13,806 nucleotides of DNA, taken from positions 1 to 13,806 of the forward strand of contig JBHLOC010000070.1 in NCBI GenBank assembly GCA_048940925.1, in the 5' to 3' direction. The DNA is from Promethearchaeota archaeon. Its GTDB lineage: Archaea; Asgardarchaeota; Lokiarchaeia; Sigyniarchaeales; SOKP01. Within the stretch, counting starts at the first letter, position 1. Each line of letters opens with the position of its first letter. The notes beneath the pieces were generated by a model. That model was not told where the DNA came from. It ran no database searches and worked only from the letters and a program-made list of their open reading frames with translations. Shown here in pieces: positions 9,074 through 13,806 of this stretch. The position numbers were made by a program, and so were the translations under genes.

Positions 9074-10177
9074 ATGAATATTATGGCTGAAAACGCCAAA
9101 CCTCATAAAAAACTCTCAAACTTAGATAAATTTCTTACACTCTGGATTTTTATCGCAATGGCCATTGGGATCCTACTCGCAGTTTTTATTCCTAATTTTG
9201 AAGCCTTTCTTTCACAGTTTCAAGTGGGATACACAAATATTCCAATAGCAATCGGATTAATTCTAATGATGTATCCACCACTCGCTAAGGTTCACTATGA
9301 AGAATTAGGTGATGTATTCAAGGATAAAAAAGTGTTAGGTTTGGCATTAATTCAAAATTGGTTAATTGGACCATTCTTAATGTTTGCTTTGGCCGTAATT
9401 TTTCTCAGCAGTTATCCTGAATATATGATTGGTGTGATCTTGATCGGACTAGCGAGATGCATAGCAATGGTTATTGTATGGAATGATTTAGCGGGAGGGA
9501 GTCGTGAGTACGCAGCGGGTTTAGTAGCATTTAACAGCATATTTCAAGTACTTTTTTATAGCGTATTTGCCTGGTTTTTTATAACTTTATTACCTCATTT
9601 ACTTGGCTTCCAATCGAATATAATAAATATAGGGATCGGATCAATTGCAGAAACCGTTTTTATTTATTTAGGAATCCCATTTATCTTAGGCTTTCTAACT
9701 AGAAAGATATTAATTAAAAAAAAAGGGGCTGAATGGTATTCGAAAAAATTTCTTCCAAAAATTTCGCCAATTACATTAATTGCTCTTTTATTCACGATTG
9801 TGGTGATGTTTGGGTTAAAAGGTGGTCAAATTATCACAATTCCGTTGGATGTGGTCAAGATTGCGATCCCTTTAATCATTTACTTTATTTTAATGTTTTT
9901 AATCAGTTTTGTGATGAGTAAAAAATTAGGTGCAGATTATCAGAAATCTACTAGTTTGTCATTTACAGCAGCCAGCAATAATTTTGAACTCTCACTTGCC
10001 GTAGCTGTATCTATATTTGGTTTAGGATCTGGAATTGCGTTTGCTGCGGTCATTGGACCCTTAATTGAAGTACCTGTGATGATATCTTTAGTTAATGTTG
10101 CAAAATATTTCAATAAGAAATTTTATATTAAATCTTCAAAAAAAGTATTAACTTATCCAGAGGAACTAAAAACATAA
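9074..10177 (+). CDS. acr3: ACR3 family arsenite efflux transporter
   Basis: [42 protein letters not shown] (conserved Cys), AASNNFEL and GPLIEVPV. About ten transmembrane helices. Confidence 0.97.
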   Translation: MNIMAENAKPHKKLSNLDKFLTLWIFIAMAIGILLAVFIPNFEAFLSQFQVGYTNIPIAIGLILMMYPPLAKVHYEELGDVFKDKKVLGLALIQNWLIGPFLMFALAVIFLSSYPEYMIGVILIGLARCIAMVIVWNDLAGGSREYAAGLVAFNSIFQVLFYSVFAWFFITLLPHLLGFQSNIINIGIGSIAETVFIYLGIPFILGFLTRKILIKKKGAEWYSKKFLPKISPITLIALLFTIVVMFGLKGGQIITIPLDVVKIAIPLIIYFILMFLISFVMSKKLGADYQKSTSLSFTAASNNFELSLAVAVSIFGLGSGIAFAAVIGPLIEVPVMISLVNVAKYFNKKFYIKSSKKVLTYPEELKT

Positions 10178-10471
10178 CCCTGCAATGTTATATTATACTT
10201 CTTATAAGAAATTCAGTAAGTATTTTTATTTTTCATATAAATTTGCTTAACAAAATATTCATAAATAAAGGAAAAAGTAGAAATCCCCAATTTTTTTATA
10301 ATATATGTAAAGGTTTGCTATAATTTACATTTTTGTAATATATGAATGTATTAAGAAAATTGTACACAAAATTAAATAAATCCTACATTAAATTATTTTA
10401 ACTTGACTTTCATAATACATTATTATAAATTATTATTAATTGAAAATTAACGAGAAAAGGTGAATAATAGA

Positions 10472-10666
10472 ATTCCAAATGTAACCATAGAAGGACCTCC
10501 TATTGATGATATAGAGATTAAGAGACAATTAGTTAAGGAAATTACAAATGCTCTTGAAAAAGCATATAAATTACCTAGAGAGGTTTATACAATATTAATA
10601 AGAGAAAACTTGTCAGAAAATGTGGGTGTTGGTGGAGAATTACTTATTGATAGAAGAAGAAAATAA
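10472..10666 (+). CDS. dmpI: 4-oxalocrotonate tautomerase family protein, archaeal DmpI-type
   Basis: PNVTIEGP...KRQLVKEIT...Y...ILIRE...ENVGVGGELLIDR matches the DmpI pattern. The start is uncertain: ATT at 10472 directly precedes Pro, while the ORF-track GTG at 10460 lies inside the AGGTGA SD. Confidence 0.85.
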   Translation: MPNVTIEGPPIDDIEIKRQLVKEITNALEKAYKLPREVYTILIRENLSENVGVGGELLIDRRRK

Positions 10667-10750
10667 GTTCAAAAGAATATATTTACGTCCTCGTTAGTTA
10701 GGTCCAATTTTTGTAATAAAAAGAAAGAGTAGATGAGATTTTCAAAATCA

Positions 10751-11587
10751 TTAGGTTAAGTTGTTGTTTAACCAATCACGAAGATCTTTTAATACTATTT
10801 TCCTATCAGTTTCAATTTCATTATATACCTCGTGATATAAACCTTCATAGATTTTAATAGTCTTATTATCCATTTTAAATAAATCTTCAAGTTCATCGCT
10901 TCCTTTAATTAATTTATCGTCCGAACCACACTGAATAAGTAAATTAATTTTAAATTTGCTGATAAAAGTCTTTAAATGCTTGAAATTTTTTACCATTTCA
11001 TAACTTAATCTTGCTGAAATTTTGTCGGCATTTACTAAAGGATCGTTCTTGTATAAATTTACTACTTCTGGGTCGTGGCTTAAAAATTTAGCATTAAGCC
11101 TCGGATTGAAACTCATCTTAGGCATTATTTTTGAGAAACCCTTTGCTATTAGTTTTAAAAAACCACTAGTTTCTTTACCTGGTTTTGTTCCCGTTCCCGA
11201 AAGAATCAGACCATGTAACAGATTCTCATATTTTTTTGTGAAATAAATTGCAATAAAGGAGCCAAGAGAATGACCTAACATAAATATTGGCAAATGTGGA
11301 TGTTGTTCTTTTATAATTTCGTATAATAATCTTTCATCCTCTATATATTGGTCAAAAGAATCAACATAATTCCTTAATCCTTCTGATCTTCCATGACCGC
11401 GGTGATCATCTGCATATATTGCAAATCCTTCAGGAACTAATTCATTCACAACAAATTGATATCTTCCAGAGTGTTCAAATCCTCCATGGACAAGTTGTAT
11501 AATAGCTTTAGGAGTATCAGGAATCCACGCTTGATAGTAGATTTTTAATTCCTTTACTCCCTTAAATTCTCCCTCAATATGTTTCAA
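10751..11587 (-). CDS. Alpha/beta hydrolase, lysophospholipase / monoacylglycerol lipase-like
   Basis: HGGFEHSGRY, DHRGHGRSEG, nucleophile GHSLG, GSDDKL (Asp) and YHEVYNE (His). TTG start with GAGGAG upstream. Confidence 0.93.
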   Translation of the reverse strand: MKHIEGEFKGVKELKIYYQAWIPDTPKAIIQLVHGGFEHSGRYQFVVNELVPEGFAIYADDHRGHGRSEGLRNYVDSFDQYIEDERLLYEIIKEQHPHLPIFMLGHSLGSFIAIYFTKKYENLLHGLILSGTGTKPGKETSGFLKLIAKGFSKIMPKMSFNPRLNAKFLSHDPEVVNLYKNDPLVNADKISARLSYEMVKNFKHLKTFISKFKINLLIQCGSDDKLIKGSDELEDLFKMDNKTIKIYEGLYHEVYNEIETDRKIVLKDLRDWLNNNLT

Positions 11588-11714
11588 ATATTTTATCTCC
11601 TCATTTTTTATTTGTCATTTAGTTTAATATTTATTTATTTAATAGCATGAATAAATTCTAATTAAATATAAAAAATTACTTATAATCTTAAGATAGATTA
11701 AAAGTTATAAAGAT

Positions 11715-12098
11715 ATGGGAAAGAAAATGGATGAACCTAATAAATATTCTATTGATCAAGAAATAAAATATAATCCATTAGAAATTATTGATGTTCCAAG
11801 AGTAATAGAAAATTGCACTAAAAAATGGCAAAATTTATCACTTTGCCGGGTAAATGATTCTGTCGTGAGGTTAGGAGTTATTGAAGGAGAATTCCACTGG
11901 CATAAACATGAAAAAGAGGATGAATTTTTCTATGTTATTGAAGGATTACTTTTAATTGATTTGGAAGATAAACTGATTGAATTGAAACCAAATCAAGGTA
12001 TTACTGTACCAAAAGGTGTCATGCATCGTACAAGAGCTCCTACTCGGTCATCAATTTTGATGATGGAAAAAAGTACTATAAAACCAACAGGGGATTGA
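11715..12098 (+). CDS. Small cupin domain protein
   Basis: GEFHWHKHEKEDEFFYV and VPKGVMHR cupin metal-binding motifs. Confidence 0.9.
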   Translation: MGKKMDEPNKYSIDQEIKYNPLEIIDVPRVIENCTKKWQNLSLCRVNDSVVRLGVIEGEFHWHKHEKEDEFFYVIEGLLLIDLEDKLIELKPNQGITVPKGVMHRTRAPTRSSILMMEKSTIKPTGD

Positions 12099-12140
12099 TA
12101 ATAAAATTTAGGAGAATACTAATTATAAGTTGTGATTATT

Positions 12141-12827
12141 ATGCCACAAAAAGCTAAGAAAAATCAACAAAAACCATTGTTACAAGTAGCATTAGATTTT
12201 GAGAACCTAGATGATGCCCTGGCAATTTCAAGAGAAGTTGCTCCTTTTGTAGATATTTTGGAGGCTGGAACACCTTTAATAAAATCTGAAGGTGTCCAAG
12301 CTATTCGAGCATTAAAGGATACGTATCCAGATAAATTAATTTGTGCCGATTTAAAAACTGCAGATGCTGGGTACCTTGAAACACGGATGGCTGCTAAAGC
12401 GAAAGCCGATATTACTACTGTTCTTGCTGACGCGTATAATAATACTATTGAGGAAGCGCTCCGTGCTGCACATGATTTTCATGTAGAGATTATAGCTGAC
12501 CTTATTATGTCTAGAAGACCTTCCAAAAGGTTAGCAGAACTAGTTGATATCAATTATAAAGGTATAAAAGTACATTATGCTCTAGTCCATAGTGGTTTGG
12601 ATATCCAAGCATCACGACGAGCTCCATTAGCTGAATTGGAATCTGTAACTCATATTCAAAACCGACCGCGATTAGCAATTGCAGGTGGGATTCGTTTAGG
12701 TGATATTTCTAAACTATTAGCTTATCCCTTGGATATCATTATAATAGGAGGAGGAATCACTCGTGCAAAAAATCCTAAGATTGCTGCAGAAAAGATTCGA
12801 AAAGCAATTTACAAGGATTTTAGTTAA
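12141..12827 (+). CDS. hxlA: 3-hexulose-6-phosphate synthase-like protein (OMPDC/HUMPS family)
   Basis: LQVALD, EAGTPLIKSEG, ADLKTADAG, VHSGLDIQ, IAGGI and GGGIT. ATG at 12141 has GTGA upstream and is preferred over the GTG at 12132. Confidence 0.8.
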   Translation: MPQKAKKNQQKPLLQVALDFENLDDALAISREVAPFVDILEAGTPLIKSEGVQAIRALKDTYPDKLICADLKTADAGYLETRMAAKAKADITTVLADAYNNTIEEALRAAHDFHVEIIADLIMSRRPSKRLAELVDINYKGIKVHYALVHSGLDIQASRRAPLAELESVTHIQNRPRLAIAGGIRLGDISKLLAYPLDIIIIGGGITRAKNPKIAAEKIRKAIYKDFS

Positions 12828-12859
12828 ATGAAATTATTTAATTTTTGAGGAAGGATAAG

Positions 12860-13806
12860 TTATATTCGTTTCTCTGCTAACAGCTTCGCTGCTATTCCTT
12901 GAGGTCGTAACAATAAAATAAGAAGTGATGCAAGGAATATTTTCTTATTGTCCGGTTCTCCAAGAAGAGTACGAATTTTTTGGAATAAATTGTCACCATC
13001 ACCTTCTTCAATTTTTTTATAATCTTTAATCCAAGATCCAATGGCTTGAAGATATTTATCTAATAAGGCAGCTCGTTCTAATCCATCAGTTCCCTTCCTC
13101 GGCATAATTGCTCTCCATTTATTTGCTCCGATGCTTGATATTATTATATCATATCTATGGAAAGCTTTATGATTACAAGGTTGAAGTCTCCCATCACCTT
13201 CAGATTTCATTGCTTTTAAAATCAAATTATCAGGATTTTTCCTTAGGATCTCCTTTTCAATTGCATTTACTGCAGCTTGGTGGGCAATTAATTGAGGAGA
13301 TTTTTTAAAATAATAATTACCAATCCAGAATTCAAGTAAAAGGCAAAAACGTTCTACATATAACTCTTTTAGACTATCGTGTTCATCAAGTAATTCATAA
13401 ATCTTTTTCTTTACAGATTTATCAGGATCGCATATATTTTGAAGTGATTCATAACCATAAGATTTTAAAGATGGAAGCCAACTCCGTAAGGCTAAATAAT
13501 ATGCCCATAATTTATTCCATCTTTCACTTGTTATTGATTTAAGATGCCCAATTGGGATTGTGGGTGCTATATTTTCACCTATTGCCTTGCATATACTCAT
13601 AATACTGTTCTCAAGATTCCAATTACATATTTCAAGATCTAATATACTTTTTAAAATATCCTTACCTGGTTGATCAAGTGGGTGAGCTTTATTCCAGAGA
13701 TTCCTTAGAATTAAATATTCATTAGAAACTCTTTCACTATCAAAAGAAACATGATTCTCGGGGAACCATATTTTAATGCGTCCCCAACGATGATTAGCGA
13801 AAATCT
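12860..13806 (-). CDS. 5'-partial hypothetical protein (>=314 aa) with two ~150-aa internal repeats
   Basis: The frame stays open from 13600 to the window end (IFANHRWGRIKIWFPENHVSFDSERVSNEYLILRNLWNKAHPLDQPGKDILKSILDLEICNWNLENSI-MSICK...). No family recognised. Confidence 0.8.
   Translation of the reverse strand, partial: IFANHRWGRIKIWFPENHVSFDSERVSNEYLILRNLWNKAHPLDQPGKDILKSILDLEICNWNLENSIMSICKAIGENIAPTIPIGHLKSITSERWNKLWAYYLALRSWLPSLKSYGYESLQNICDPDKSVKKKIYELLDEHDSLKELYVERFCLLLEFWIGNYYFKKSPQLIAHQAAVNAIEKEILRKNPDNLILKAMKSEGDGRLQPCNHKAFHRYDIIISSIGANKWRAIMPRKGTDGLERAALLDKYLQAIGSWIKDYKKIEEGDGDNLFQKIRTLLGEPDNKKIFLASLLILLLRPQGIAAKLLAEKRI

Noticed and set aside
9733-9921. 62-aa ORF
   Set aside because: Alternative frame inside acr3.
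11022-11246. 74-aa plus-strand ORF
   Set aside because: Antisense shadow of the hydrolase.
13108-13308. 66-aa plus-strand ORF
   Set aside because: Antisense shadow of the repeat protein.

Overview
Strongly AT-rich archaeal-type window, most likely from a Lokiarchaeia/Asgard genome. This is an inference from the Loki-CTERM-like sorting tail on the first gene, GGTGA/GAGGT Shine-Dalgarno motifs, TATA-like boxes, archaeal DmpI-type tautomerase and a Prx-like selenoprotein candidate. Gene content is a loose redox/detoxification and accessory-metabolism region: partial surface protein with tandem FN3/Ig-like repeats, divergent msrA/msrB, SAM methyltransferase, a decaying cupin/Zn-ADH/aldo-keto reductase cassette, amidohydrolase-2, ABC-2 type exporter, ACR3 arsenite exporter, 4-oxalocrotonate tautomerase, lysophospholipase-like hydrolase, cupin, hexulose-6-phosphate synthase-like protein and a partial unknown protein. 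The ORF track misses several things. (1) A full 155-aa peroxiredoxin-like gene (8243-8710, minus) has an in-frame TGA in a U-x-x-C active-site motif, i.e. a probable selenoprotein, with structured 3' sequence. (2) The tautomerase's catalytic Pro1 follows an ATT codon placed at Shine-Dalgarno distance. (3) The last ORF is built from two ~150-aa internal repeats, each carrying a Cys-Asn motif. All family calls are from motif recognition only; no searches were run.
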